DNA of 64,000 nucleotides, taken from the IMG/VR virus record IMGVR_UViG_3300025057_000004, positions 1 to 64,000 of that record, one strand, 5' to 3'. The position numbers and the translations under genes were made by a program. Shown piece by piece: positions 18,057-27,214 of this stretch; position 1 is the first letter of the stretch; every line of letters begins with the position of its first letter. Below the pieces are notes generated by a model. That model saw nothing but the letters and a program-made list of their open reading frames with translations, was not told the DNA's origin and ran no database searches. Source of the DNA: a virus.

Positions 18057-18260
18057 ATGGAAACAATAGCTAAAAGATTCTTACTGTTCATCGGTATTAG
18101 TTCATCACCTATGTTAATAGTCACTGCGATGTGGCTATTAACTGTAGGTTACTTTAATTGGCTTGATGCAATACATTCAGAAGTATATGGTGTATTCACA
18201 TCATTCTGTGTGTTCTTTGCGTTCTTTGTGTCATTAGTTATACCTTCAAACGAGCTGTAA
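18057..18260 (+). CDS. Small two-TM membrane protein
   Basis: Two hydrophobic segments in 67 aa. Confidence 0.6.
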   Translation: METIAKRFLLFIGISSSPMLIVTAMWLLTVGYFNWLDAIHSEVYGVFTSFCVFFAFFVSLVIPSNEL

Positions 18261-18261
18261 T

Positions 18262-18501
18262 ATGATGGCAAGACCTAATTTCAACAGAGGAGATAATGAG
18301 AGCTACATCAGCTCTCTTATTTCCCAACATGGTTACAAAGACATAGGATGGTCAAACAGTGGTGCTGATTTCAGTAAACCACTTGACCCTATTATAGGTG
18401 CTGAAGAAATAGACTGTTCGTTGTACAGTTTCAGATGCACCAATATGGTATACGTCAATCATCTTACACGTGAGATACTTCACGTTGACATGAGTGATTA
18501 A
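18262..18501 (+). CDS. Hypothetical protein
   Basis: 79 aa, tightly packed with neighbours. Confidence 0.6.
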   Translation: MMARPNFNRGDNESYISSLISQHGYKDIGWSNSGADFSKPLDPIIGAEEIDCSLYSFRCTNMVYVNHLTREILHVDMSD

Positions 18502-18504
18502 TTG

Positions 18505-19009
18505 TAAGAGGGGTCAAATGACTTCTCTTATTTCAAACCTTTTAATTACAATAAAATGAAATACTTAATTCTTAGTTTATTACTGCCATTGGTGTCTTGC
18601 TCAAAAGATACAGAACCAGGTTTATTCATCATTGATGTTTATGAGCAAGACAACATCAATACTATGTCATTTGTATTGGACATAGAAACAGAACCGTTTA
18701 CATACACAGAAGATTTCTTGCTTGAAGTTGTTGTGATAGCAAAGCCTATCATTGATGTATCTTCAGAAGAAGCATGGCTTGAGTCAGTAAGCAGACCTAC
18801 CTATTATAAAGCAATAGGTATCACTTGTCAGGATCTGATGATGTGTAACGGTAAACTTGTGCACGGGTTAGGTTATAGATTTGATGAGAACTTTGATTCA
18901 GATCTGTACTATATTACCTTTGATGTGTTGACAGAACAAGATTATATAGAGAGGGTCGATTGACCTTCTCTTATTTTAAAATCTTTAATTACAATAAAAT
19001 GAAATACTT
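18505..19009 (+). repeat. Duplicated hairpin plus translation-start unit (18505-18566 and 18948-19009)
   Basis: Related GGGTC...GAC hairpins, each followed by the identical 26-mer TTTAATTACAATAAAATGAAATACTT at 18541 and 18984. Confidence 0.85.
18556..18963 (+). CDS. Lipoprotein
   Basis: MKYLILSLLLPLVSC signal peptide II with lipobox-like Cys. Confidence 0.7.
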   Translation: MKYLILSLLLPLVSCSKDTEPGLFIIDVYEQDNINTMSFVLDIETEPFTYTEDFLLEVVVIAKPIIDVSSEEAWLESVSRPTYYKAIGITCQDLMMCNGKLVHGLGYRFDENFDSDLYYITFDVLTEQDYIERVD

Positions 19010-19304
19010 GATTATCATATTGACATCTGTCATAATATTGACAGGATGTTCAAAAACAATGGAATATGAAGATGTCGAATTTAAATTCGTATATGATGTT
19101 CCTCAAGATGACCGTGTGAATCCAGGTGATACGGTCATAATCAGCGTTACTACTTTATCAACTTCTTATGTTCCTCGCAGGAAAATAGTTGATATTTACA
19201 GAGGTCAAGCTTTACCTGAACCTGTAAAAGACAGTGTTGTTCATGAAGACGATTTTGTAACGCATATGTATACGTTTTATACACTTGGAAAAATATTAGA
19301 ATAG
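18999..19304 (+). CDS. Lipoprotein (true start 18999)
   Basis: MKYLIIILTSVIILTGC lipobox; same leader as 18556. Confidence 0.7.
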   Translation: MKYLIIILTSVIILTGCSKTMEYEDVEFKFVYDVPQDDRVNPGDTVIISVTTLSTSYVPRRKIVDIYRGQALPEPVKDSVVHEDDFVTHMYTFYTLGKILE

Positions 19305-19418
19305 AGTAAAACAACAAGTTGTATAGATAGTAACAATCAGATGCTGCAGCATCCAACACACACAGGAGAGTGTGTACTATTATGAAAAGACAAAGAAAGA
19401 AAGCAATTTGTTGAATTA

Positions 19419-19860
19419 AAGGTCAAACCTACGACCTTGTGATTGAGAACGTTAGTACTTTGGAAAGCTCAGTACCAATCACTAAAAGAAGATAAACGAA
19501 ATAGGTGGATTAGTTTACCGAATAAGTTTATCCAGTGTACCCTTGAAATGCCATTTGAGAGGGATGAAACAAAGATGCATTAAGTTGCGGGATACGTATC
19601 ACTGAGGAGTTGGCAGCTAGACCATTGAAAGATGGTGCTAATCATAGACAGTTGTGGTATACACTCTTGACAACGATCAACTGTCTCAGACGCATGTAAA
19701 ATAGCGGTCATGCGTTGGTAACCCTCCGTGATGAGATAGACCCTCATCTCACTAAACAGTAAGAACCTGGAAAGTCAAGCTGGTTCTGAATTACATAGGT
19801 GTACAACTATGTAAGCGGTCATACAAGGCAGGCTATTGCCTGTATGATTTTTAATACACT
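19419..19860 (+). ncRNA. Large ornate structured RNA candidate (~440 nt)
   Basis: Within a ~620-nt gap lacking a credible ORF; more than 10 stems, e.g. 19439-45/19476-82, 19491-97/19526-32, 19646-54/19678-86, 19690-96/19709-15, 19791-98/19807-14, 19819-25/19841-47; UGAAA/UGAGA T-loop-like loops. Confidence 0.7.
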
Positions 19861-19929
19861 AAACCAAAACAAATAAGAGGAAGCTGAAAATCTTGAATAG
19901 AGTAGGCATACATCATCTTATAAAAAATT

Positions 19930-20205
19930 ATGAAAGATGAAAGTAACATTTTACAACACGTTCCAGTTACTACCGAATGTAGTATGGATACAAGAAACGA
20001 AGGAAGTAATTATTATGTTACCGTTCTATGGAACTTTCTGTTTAGAACGTTAACATTTGTAATGTCAATAGGGTTAACAGCACAGTTTTATTACAATCTT
20101 ATGTGTGATCAACCTGCCAGTAAAGCATTTGCATACATGATGATGTTTGTATGTGCGGTGATTTTACTATCAGATCTTCTTGTCTATGATGAAGAAACTG
20201 ATTAG
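19930..20205 (+). CDS. Small two-TM membrane protein
   Basis: Two hydrophobic helices in 91 aa. Confidence 0.55.
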   Translation: MKDESNILQHVPVTTECSMDTRNEGSNYYVTVLWNFLFRTLTFVMSIGLTAQFYYNLMCDQPASKAFAYMMMFVCAVILLSDLLVYDEETD

Positions 20206-21040
20206 AAAGAGTATGAAGATACGTCCATCTGGAAGAAGCAGTGATTTCATATCACCTTCTTTCGGGTACGGATGTCTCCTCAACTGTAGCTACTGCTATA
20301 TGAAACGTCACAAGCCTGAAGGACTTGATGTTGCAACCAATACGAATGACATACTTACAGAGATCAACAATCATGCATTCTTTGCAACGGTAGATAAGCC
20401 GAATCAAACAGATCCTGAGTATGTAACATACGATATTGCTTGCAATGAAGACTTTGCATTACATGCCAAGCATCACGAGTGGGAGAAGATATTCACATTC
20501 TTCAGAGACCACCCTGTAGCAAAGGCAACACTTGCAACTAAGATAGTTCCTGATAGATTTCTTACTTTTGACCCTAAAGGTAAGGTACGTATACGATTCA
20601 GTCTTATGCCGCAGAAGATAAGTTCAATACTTGAACCTGAAACTGCAAGCATAGAAGATAGATTACGTGCTGTAGATAGATTCATAGCTGCAGGTTATGA
20701 TATACATTTGAACTTCTCACCTGTATTATACTATGATGGTTGGGAGGATGATTATGTAGAACTATTTCATCTTGTAGATGAGCTTGTTGACAACAAAGAG
20801 TGTGTAAAAGCGGAGGTTATCTTCCTCACACACAACGAGAACAAGCATATATACAATATGAATCACGGTCTACCAGGAGAAGACCTTCTATGGACACCTG
20901 ATGTTCAGGAAGCAAAGACCTCTGAATACGGAGGTAAGAACATACGATACAAAGCAGATCTAAAATCTGATATGATTGCTGTGTTTAAAGATTTACACGG
21001 ATGTATTATACCGTGGAATCAGATACGTTACATCTTTTAA
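20180..21040 (+). CDS. splB: Spore photoproduct lyase-family radical SAM enzyme
   Basis: GYGCLLNCSYCYM CxxxCxxC(Y) motif; YDIACNED resembles the Bacillus SplB H-donor Cys141 region; RIRFSLMP, IEDRLRAV, LNFSPV motifs. Confidence 0.8.
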   Translation: MSMMKKLIRKSMKIRPSGRSSDFISPSFGYGCLLNCSYCYMKRHKPEGLDVATNTNDILTEINNHAFFATVDKPNQTDPEYVTYDIACNEDFALHAKHHEWEKIFTFFRDHPVAKATLATKIVPDRFLTFDPKGKVRIRFSLMPQKISSILEPETASIEDRLRAVDRFIAAGYDIHLNFSPVLYYDGWEDDYVELFHLVDELVDNKECVKAEVIFLTHNENKHIYNMNHGLPGEDLLWTPDVQEAKTSEYGGKNIRYKADLKSDMIAVFKDLHGCIIPWNQIRYIF

Positions 21041-21049
21041 TCAAGTACA

Positions 21050-21256
21050 ATGACAACAGAAGTAGGTTTAGTTATATCACCTGTAACTGGTCAGAAAGTA
21101 CTCGGTGTCAGAAAGACAACCGATGATACTGTCATTTTTGTACGTGAGTTGAACAATGAAACACAACGAGTAGAGCTTACAGGAGAGTCTGGAAGCGTAT
21201 TCAACTATGTGACATTGGAACACTACGGCAAAGGTGAGATCATTCGTAAATTCTAA
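21050..21256 (+). CDS. Hypothetical protein
   Basis: 68 aa ORF. Confidence 0.55.
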   Translation: MTTEVGLVISPVTGQKVLGVRKTTDDTVIFVRELNNETQRVELTGESGSVFNYVTLEHYGKGEIIRKF

Positions 21257-21302
21257 TAACAGTACCCGACTGATTTCGGGCAACAATATCAAAAACTAAA
21301 AC

Positions 21303-21710
21303 ATGACAGTTGATATTGATAACAATCCTCTTAAACAAGGGGATACAGTAGTATGTATTGAAAGCAGTATAATCTTAGCACCTTATTGTAAGAACCCTTA
21401 CAAAAGACCTTCTATCATCTCAAAGAAAAAGCGTAAGCCTATTGAGATAGAAGATAATGATACTGCAGATGACATCACTATCAAAAAGTACAACAATTCC
21501 ATGCGTGAAGCAAGGCTTGTTCGTGATGAGATAGTCGGTGAAAAGACCATCAGATCATTGAATCCTAAGAAGAAAAGATTATCAATGCAATGGTACAAAG
21601 TGAAGGAAGTCAGTGGAGATCATATCTCTTTCTATCCTACATCAGACGATAGCAGGACAAGACATTTTCATCCTGCTAGAAAATTCAGAAAAGTAACTAA
21701 ATCCAAGTAA
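21303..21710 (+). CDS. Hypothetical protein (SH3-like ends)
   Basis: LKQGDTVVCIE...YKVKEV...ARKFRKV. Confidence 0.6.
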   Translation: MTVDIDNNPLKQGDTVVCIESSIILAPYCKNPYKRPSIISKKKRKPIEIEDNDTADDITIKKYNNSMREARLVRDEIVGEKTIRSLNPKKKRLSMQWYKVKEVSGDHISFYPTSDDSRTRHFHPARKFRKVTKSK

Positions 21711-21712
21711 CT

Positions 21713-22198
21713 ATGAACGAGAAAGAGATATATAGTTTTTTGTATATGCTTTATGAATTAAAGCAGGGTGTAGTGTTATATGATCTTAAGTATGACTTTA
21801 TAAGTGATCTGAGTGGTAAGACTGTAGGTTATATCAAAGATGTAGGCACGGACAATGAAGGTACATTATATCACGTGTACAATTATGATTACGATTCTAT
21901 TGATGTAAATATCAAAGGTGTTAAAGATCCTGATCATAAGCATACTAATGTACCGAAGATAGAGCTGTGTGAGATGTTTGACATTCACAATATACCATCA
22001 ATGAGATCAAGTACTAAAGATCTTGTTCAAAGGATACATCATTTGAAAGCAATGGTAGCTTACTTTGATGACCATTCTGATGATATTAGAATGTTAAAGA
22101 TGTTTGAAGACAATGATGAAATTGTCAGAAAAATAGCCAATAGATCTAACTTCAAATTGTCAGATATACAACCTATATTGGATTTAGTAGCAACATGA
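21713..22198 (+). CDS. Hypothetical protein
   Basis: 161 aa, overlaps the PolB start. Confidence 0.65.
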   Translation: MNEKEIYSFLYMLYELKQGVVLYDLKYDFISDLSGKTVGYIKDVGTDNEGTLYHVYNYDYDSIDVNIKGVKDPDHKHTNVPKIELCEMFDIHNIPSMRSSTKDLVQRIHHLKAMVAYFDDHSDDIRMLKMFEDNDEIVRKIANRSNFKLSDIQPILDLVAT

Positions 22199-24135
22199 GA
22201 ATAGAGGTAGGTGACATTGAGGTGTATCCGAATTTGTTCATCTATGTAGGACATTCGTTAGAGGGTGATGAGCGTTATGAATACGTTCTTCACGCCTCTG
22301 ATGATGTCAACACATTAGGTGCATTCTTGGATAGGATGGCTGATGGTATTGCAATGATGGGTTTTAACAATAAAGGATACGATTATCCTGTATTGCATCA
22401 TATGTTCGGTATGTATCGTGATGTATCACCTGCTAAGACATGCATAGGTATATATACATACTCTGAACAGCTCATCAATAGCAACGATAAACCTTGGTTT
22501 AAAGACAGCGAGATACGCATACCACAGTTCGATCTGTATCTATTACATCACTTCAACAATAAGGCTAAAGCTTGTGGTCTCAAACATATTGAGATCGCTA
22601 TGCGAATGGACAACGTGGAAGATCTTCCATTTGCTCCAGGAACCTTCATTGAACAGAGTGATGTAAAGACCGTGCTTGACTATTGTCATCACGATGTAGC
22701 AGCTACAAAGCAGTTTGCTCTTGCTTCAAGCAAAGAGATAGACCTGCGTAAAGGATTGAGTAGCACGTATAACCTTAAGTTATATGATGCAAATGATCCA
22801 AAGATAGGTAGCGAGATCATTCTCAAATTCATTACTGAGAAAATGGGTATCCCACATTGGGAGATACGTAAGATGCGTACATATCGTAACGGAGGATTGG
22901 ATCTCAATGATATCATTCTGCCATATGTGAAGTTCGATACACCAGAGTTCAGTTCTGTACTTGACAAGTTCAAGAACACCATAGTACGTGATACTAAAGG
23001 TGACCTGAAACATCAGATGGTATTCAGAGGTGTACCATACGATTACGGTACAGGTGGTATACATGCCTGTAGAGAAAGCGGTTCGTATCACGAGGATGAA
23101 CAGCATATGATATATGATATCGATGTGCAGTCATACTATCCTAACTTAGCTATACGCAATAAGAAAGCACCGCTACATTTAGGTGATGCGTTCTGTGAAG
23201 TATACGAAACTATATTTGAGACACGTAAAACCTTTGCGAAAGGAACTCCAGAGAATTATGGATTAAAGATCGCATTGAATGGTGTGTACGGTAAATCAAA
23301 TGATATTTATTCGTATCTTTATGACCCCAAATTCACAATGTTCATTACGGTCAACGGGCAGTTACTGCTCAGTATGTTGACAGAGTGGGTACTTACATCA
23401 ACAGATGCTGTACTACTTCAGGCAAACACAGACGGTATCACCGTTAGAATGCCACGTGATCAGTACAGTATTGTGCAGACATTGATGAAGAAGTGGGAAG
23501 AACTCACAGGTCTTGTGCTTGAAGATGCTCACTACAAGAGCATGTTCATCAGAGATGTAAACAACTATATAGCTGTTACAACTGATGACAAGTATAAGTT
23601 CAAGGGTGCATTTGAGATAGATAAAGCATGGCATAAGGATCAGTCACATAGAATTGTGGCAATTGCTGTAGCACGTGCATGTATATTCGGAGTAAGTCCT
23701 TCACAGACATTACTTGAACATATGACAACAGAATATTATGATGACCTTGGTGTGAAAGCACATGGTATCTATGATTTCTGCGGTAGTGTTCGAGCAAGAG
23801 GAGGGGCAAAGTATGAAACAGAATCACTTGTTAATGGAAGTCATACGATAGTTCCAGTTCAAAAGACAAACAGATATTTTGTAAGTAATGATGGTGTAAG
23901 ATTGCGTAAGATCCTGCCACCTGATGAAAACAAGAAGGACATTCTTGAGCTTGAACCTGCAAATCAGCTTAATATCTTTGATATAGTAGAGGATGTAAAA
24001 GTTGAAAAAGAGCGTGTGTCATACATAGAAGCAGGTCATAATGTGACAATGTTCAATAGAGCATTTGATGGACCGTATGATCTCAATTTTGAATATTACC
24101 TGAAAGAATGTAATAAAATATTGGAGCAATTATGA
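22195..24135 (+). CDS. polB: Family B DNA polymerase with 3'-5' exonuclease
   Basis: ExoI DIEVY, ExoII GFNNKGYD, ExoIII YCHHDV; motif A DVQSYYP, motif B KIALNGVYG, motif C ANTDG; DVNNY. Confidence 0.92.
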   Translation: MRIEVGDIEVYPNLFIYVGHSLEGDERYEYVLHASDDVNTLGAFLDRMADGIAMMGFNNKGYDYPVLHHMFGMYRDVSPAKTCIGIYTYSEQLINSNDKPWFKDSEIRIPQFDLYLLHHFNNKAKACGLKHIEIAMRMDNVEDLPFAPGTFIEQSDVKTVLDYCHHDVAATKQFALASSKEIDLRKGLSSTYNLKLYDANDPKIGSEIILKFITEKMGIPHWEIRKMRTYRNGGLDLNDIILPYVKFDTPEFSSVLDKFKNTIVRDTKGDLKHQMVFRGVPYDYGTGGIHACRESGSYHEDEQHMIYDIDVQSYYPNLAIRNKKAPLHLGDAFCEVYETIFETRKTFAKGTPENYGLKIALNGVYGKSNDIYSYLYDPKFTMFITVNGQLLLSMLTEWVLTSTDAVLLQANTDGITVRMPRDQYSIVQTLMKKWEELTGLVLEDAHYKSMFIRDVNNYIAVTTDDKYKFKGAFEIDKAWHKDQSHRIVAIAVARACIFGVSPSQTLLEHMTTEYYDDLGVKAHGIYDFCGSVRARGGAKYETESLVNGSHTIVPVQKTNRYFVSNDGVRLRKILPPDENKKDILELEPANQLNIFDIVEDVKVEKERVSYIEAGHNVTMFNRAFDGPYDLNFEYYLKECNKILEQL

Positions 24136-25358
24136 AAATAGACGAAAAGAAACGTGCAATAGGTATCCAGGCGAAAGAAGCTTGGGAGGCTTGTGATCAG
24201 TTAGGTACTGTAGAACTTGCGACAGGTATGGGTAAAACGTTTCTTGCGCTTGACTGTATGGCATCATTACCAAAGGGTAGTGATGTCGTATTTCTTGCAG
24301 AGACTGCACAGCGTGAACACGATCTCAATGTAGATATTGATAAGTTCAAGTCTGCATTCGGTGTTGATGTACGTGAGCATGTAAACCTTGAGTTTGCCTG
24401 TTATCAGTCTGCTTGTAAGTGGAGACGCAAGTCATTTGATCTTGCAGTATGCGATGAGATACACGATTCAATGAGTCCTGTATATGTGCAGTTCTACAAG
24501 AATAACAAGTGTAAGCGCATACTTGGTCTGAGTGCTACGGTAAAGTCTGATAGAACCTATGTGATAGATGATGTAGAGGTCAACAAAGAGATACTCTTGG
24601 ATGACATAGCACCTGTATGTTTTACATACGATGTAGGTGCAGGTCAACGTGAGGGTACATCAAGACAGCTTGATATACACGTTATCTATCATAGACTTGA
24701 TCAGAGTACTCGTAACATAGATGGTGGCAGCAAGAAGAATCCTTTCAAGACAACTGAAGCACGTAGCTACAAGTATCTTGATGACCTGTTCTGGCAGGGT
24801 GTATATAGTAAGAAGGATTACTTGGTAAAATCATCTATGATGAAACGCTCAAAACTTTTGTATTCACTTCCTTCTAAGGTAGAGGCTACTAAGCAGTTGA
24901 ATAAGATCATCAAGGGTAAGACGATCATATTCAATAATGATCTGTCCACACTTGAGAAGGTTACTGCAAATGTGGTGCGTTCTGCAAAGAAAGGTGAGAC
25001 AAAGAAACAGCGTGATGAGTTGAACTTTGACCTCCGCAATAGATTTGACAAAGGTAATATACGTACCATCGGTTCGTTCAAGATGCTCAAGCAGGGTGCA
25101 AACCTCAAAGGAGCAGACAACGTGATAATGATGTCATACTATAGTAGTTCCATAGATATGATACAGCGTATAGGCAGATTGCGTAAGAACGGAAACAAGA
25201 AAGGAAGCGTGTTCATCTTTGTTACAGTCGGTACACAAGAGGAGAAGTGGTTCAAAAAGATGACAGAGACAATTCCTATGGAAGAGTTCAATGTCATTAC
25301 TCATTTGGACATTGATCAATTTGTAAAGACCTATGGTAACACTACAGATGATAAGTGA
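24132..25358 (+). CDS. Superfamily 2 (DExH) helicase
   Basis: ATGMGKT, DEIH, LSAT, QRIGRLR motifs. Confidence 0.9.
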   Translation: MKIDEKKRAIGIQAKEAWEACDQLGTVELATGMGKTFLALDCMASLPKGSDVVFLAETAQREHDLNVDIDKFKSAFGVDVREHVNLEFACYQSACKWRRKSFDLAVCDEIHDSMSPVYVQFYKNNKCKRILGLSATVKSDRTYVIDDVEVNKEILLDDIAPVCFTYDVGAGQREGTSRQLDIHVIYHRLDQSTRNIDGGSKKNPFKTTEARSYKYLDDLFWQGVYSKKDYLVKSSMMKRSKLLYSLPSKVEATKQLNKIIKGKTIIFNNDLSTLEKVTANVVRSAKKGETKKQRDELNFDLRNRFDKGNIRTIGSFKMLKQGANLKGADNVIMMSYYSSSIDMIQRIGRLRKNGNKKGSVFIFVTVGTQEEKWFKKMTETIPMEEFNVITHLDIDQFVKTYGNTTDDK

Positions 25359-25542
25359 TGTTCTCTGGTCAGATATGCTTGATGCTGATGACTATGAGGG
25401 TATTGCAAACTCTATTAACATGAGAGAGGGTGTCGGTACCACGTGTGCCGAACATATAAGGGAGTTGATGCAAGATGAAATTGTTGATGTTCCTGATATT
25501 GATATGATAACACAGATGAATAATCTAAAAATTGTTTACTAA
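25333..25542 (+). CDS. Small acidic hypothetical protein
   Basis: 69 aa between helicase genes. Confidence 0.45.
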   Translation: MVTLQMISDVLWSDMLDADDYEGIANSINMREGVGTTCAEHIRELMQDEIVDVPDIDMITQMNNLKIVY

Positions 25543-26116
25543 TGAAGAAATACTAATGGATATAATAGGTGTAAATGTGAAGTTGATGGAAGCGAGAGGA
25601 ATGACACCTAATGAGGTCTTTTTTCTTAAAGGTTTGTGTGAGAATATTGAATTTACAGTTGGAAATATCTGTAATATTAACTATCTTCACAGTCTTGGTT
25701 ACGTTGGTGATGACGGTGCTATAACCGATAAAGGTAGAACTATTGTAAAGGCTCTATTCAGAGAGAAGAGGAACTTTGTTCCACCTACTACTGATGAGAT
25801 AAAAGAGCTTGCTGATAAGTTCAGAGAGTTCTTTCCAAAAGGTGTAAAGACCAACAATCATCCCGTAAGAGGCAATATGACCAATATCATACGTAAGTTC
25901 AGGAAGTTCAAAACTGAGTTTCCGCAGTATGATAACGACACGATACTTAAAGCAACCGAAAAGTATGTCAAAGCAAAGGCGAAGGAGAACTATGCGTTTA
26001 TGAAAGTAAGCGAATATCTCATTTACAAAGATGGTACATCCATGCTTGCTTCTCTTTGTGATGCTATACTTGAAGATGAACCTGAAAAGGATGTCAAGTG
26101 GGGACGGCATATTTGA
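25532..26116 (+). CDS. Replication-associated protein (wHTH plus helical domain; possible initiator or helicase loader)
   Basis: Directly upstream of the DnaB-like gene; FREFFP...ILKATEKYV...YLIYK; start probably near 25556. Confidence 0.5.
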   Translation: MFTNEEILMDIIGVNVKLMEARGMTPNEVFFLKGLCENIEFTVGNICNINYLHSLGYVGDDGAITDKGRTIVKALFREKRNFVPPTTDEIKELADKFREFFPKGVKTNNHPVRGNMTNIIRKFRKFKTEFPQYDNDTILKATEKYVKAKAKENYAFMKVSEYLIYKDGTSMLASLCDAILEDEPEKDVKWGRHI

Positions 26117-27203
26117 TGCAGCTCTGTCTCAGATAAAACAGAGACAGGAAAGAGCTGCTTTAGGACATGTGAACTGCATTCCTTTTCCTTTTGAACGAAC
26201 ATCAAGGTTCTTTCCTGGTATAGAACGAGGTACATACGATATATGTACAGCAAACTCAGGCGTTGGTAAGTCCAAGCTTGCACGTTTTCTGTATGTTATC
26301 GTCCCTTACACGTTCATCAAGGAGAACCCTGAGACGGATATCAGATTGAAGATATTCTATTTTAGTTTAGAAGAGAGTAAGGAAAAGTTCATGATGTCCA
26401 TCATATCATATTGGCTGTTCGTCAAACACAATATGCGTGTGTCCATCAAGGAGTTACGTTCTGTCGGTAAGGTAGGCTACTATCTGCCTGACAGTGTGAT
26501 TCAAAAGATCGAAGAAGCAAAGGATTACTTTGCTGATCTTGAGAAATACGTGACCATTGTGGATGACATACATAATCCTACAGGTATCTTCAAGACGATG
26601 AAGACATACAATGAGCAGAGGGGTAGTTGGACAAAACGAAAGATAACCATTGACGGTATTGAGAAAGAGGTCAATGATTCGTATACTCCAAACGATCCTA
26701 ATGAGTATGTCATCTGTATCACAGATCATATCGGTCTGTTGAGAACAGAGAGAGGTCTTACAAAACACGAGACGATAAGCAAATTCTCATCTCAGCACTG
26801 CATTGAACTGCGTAACAAGTATGCTAACATAGTTGTGAACGTTCAACAGCAGAGTTCAGATAAAGAGAAGAAGCAGTACACTTTCAAGGGTCAATCAATT
26901 GATGAGAAACTTGAGCCATCATTGGACGGTCTTGCAAACAACAAAGAGACACAGCGTGATGCTGATAATGTCTTCGGTCTGTTTGCTCCTGATCGTTATC
27001 AGATGGAAGAGTGTGACAACTATCGTGTTGATGTATTGCAAGATCACTTCAGAGTATTATTGATACTTAAGAGTCGTGACGGTGAGTCAAACATCAGAAC
27101 TCCGCTTTTCTTTGACGGTGCCTGTAGTTACTTCAAAGAGATGCCGAGATCAGAAGACAGTACAGAGGTAGAAAAGGTCTACCAGTACGTACAGAACCTT
27201 TAA
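26031..27203 (+). CDS. dnaB: DnaB-like replicative helicase (likely start about 26091)
   Basis: ANSGVGKS Walker A, FSLEES, ITDHIGLL, VQQQ, TQRDAD, LKSRDG motifs. Confidence 0.88.
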   Translation: MVHPCLLLFVMLYLKMNLKRMSSGDGIFDAALSQIKQRQERAALGHVNCIPFPFERTSRFFPGIERGTYDICTANSGVGKSKLARFLYVIVPYTFIKENPETDIRLKIFYFSLEESKEKFMMSIISYWLFVKHNMRVSIKELRSVGKVGYYLPDSVIQKIEEAKDYFADLEKYVTIVDDIHNPTGIFKTMKTYNEQRGSWTKRKITIDGIEKEVNDSYTPNDPNEYVICITDHIGLLRTERGLTKHETISKFSSQHCIELRNKYANIVVNVQQQSSDKEKKQYTFKGQSIDEKLEPSLDGLANNKETQRDADNVFGLFAPDRYQMEECDNYRVDVLQDHFRVLLILKSRDGESNIRTPLFFDGACSYFKEMPRSEDSTEVEKVYQYVQNL

Positions 27204-27214
27204 TTTTAAGAAGA

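Noticed and set aside
19602-19645. Hammerhead ribozyme suggested by CUGAGGA
   Set aside because: No GAAA core strand follows the putative stem II; the sequence fits better as part of the larger multibranch RNA.
15620-19930. tRNA genes or a CRISPR mini-array in the intergenic gaps
   Set aside because: I could not build a cloverleaf with a TTC-arm and acceptor stem, and found no regularly spaced direct repeats with unique spacers.
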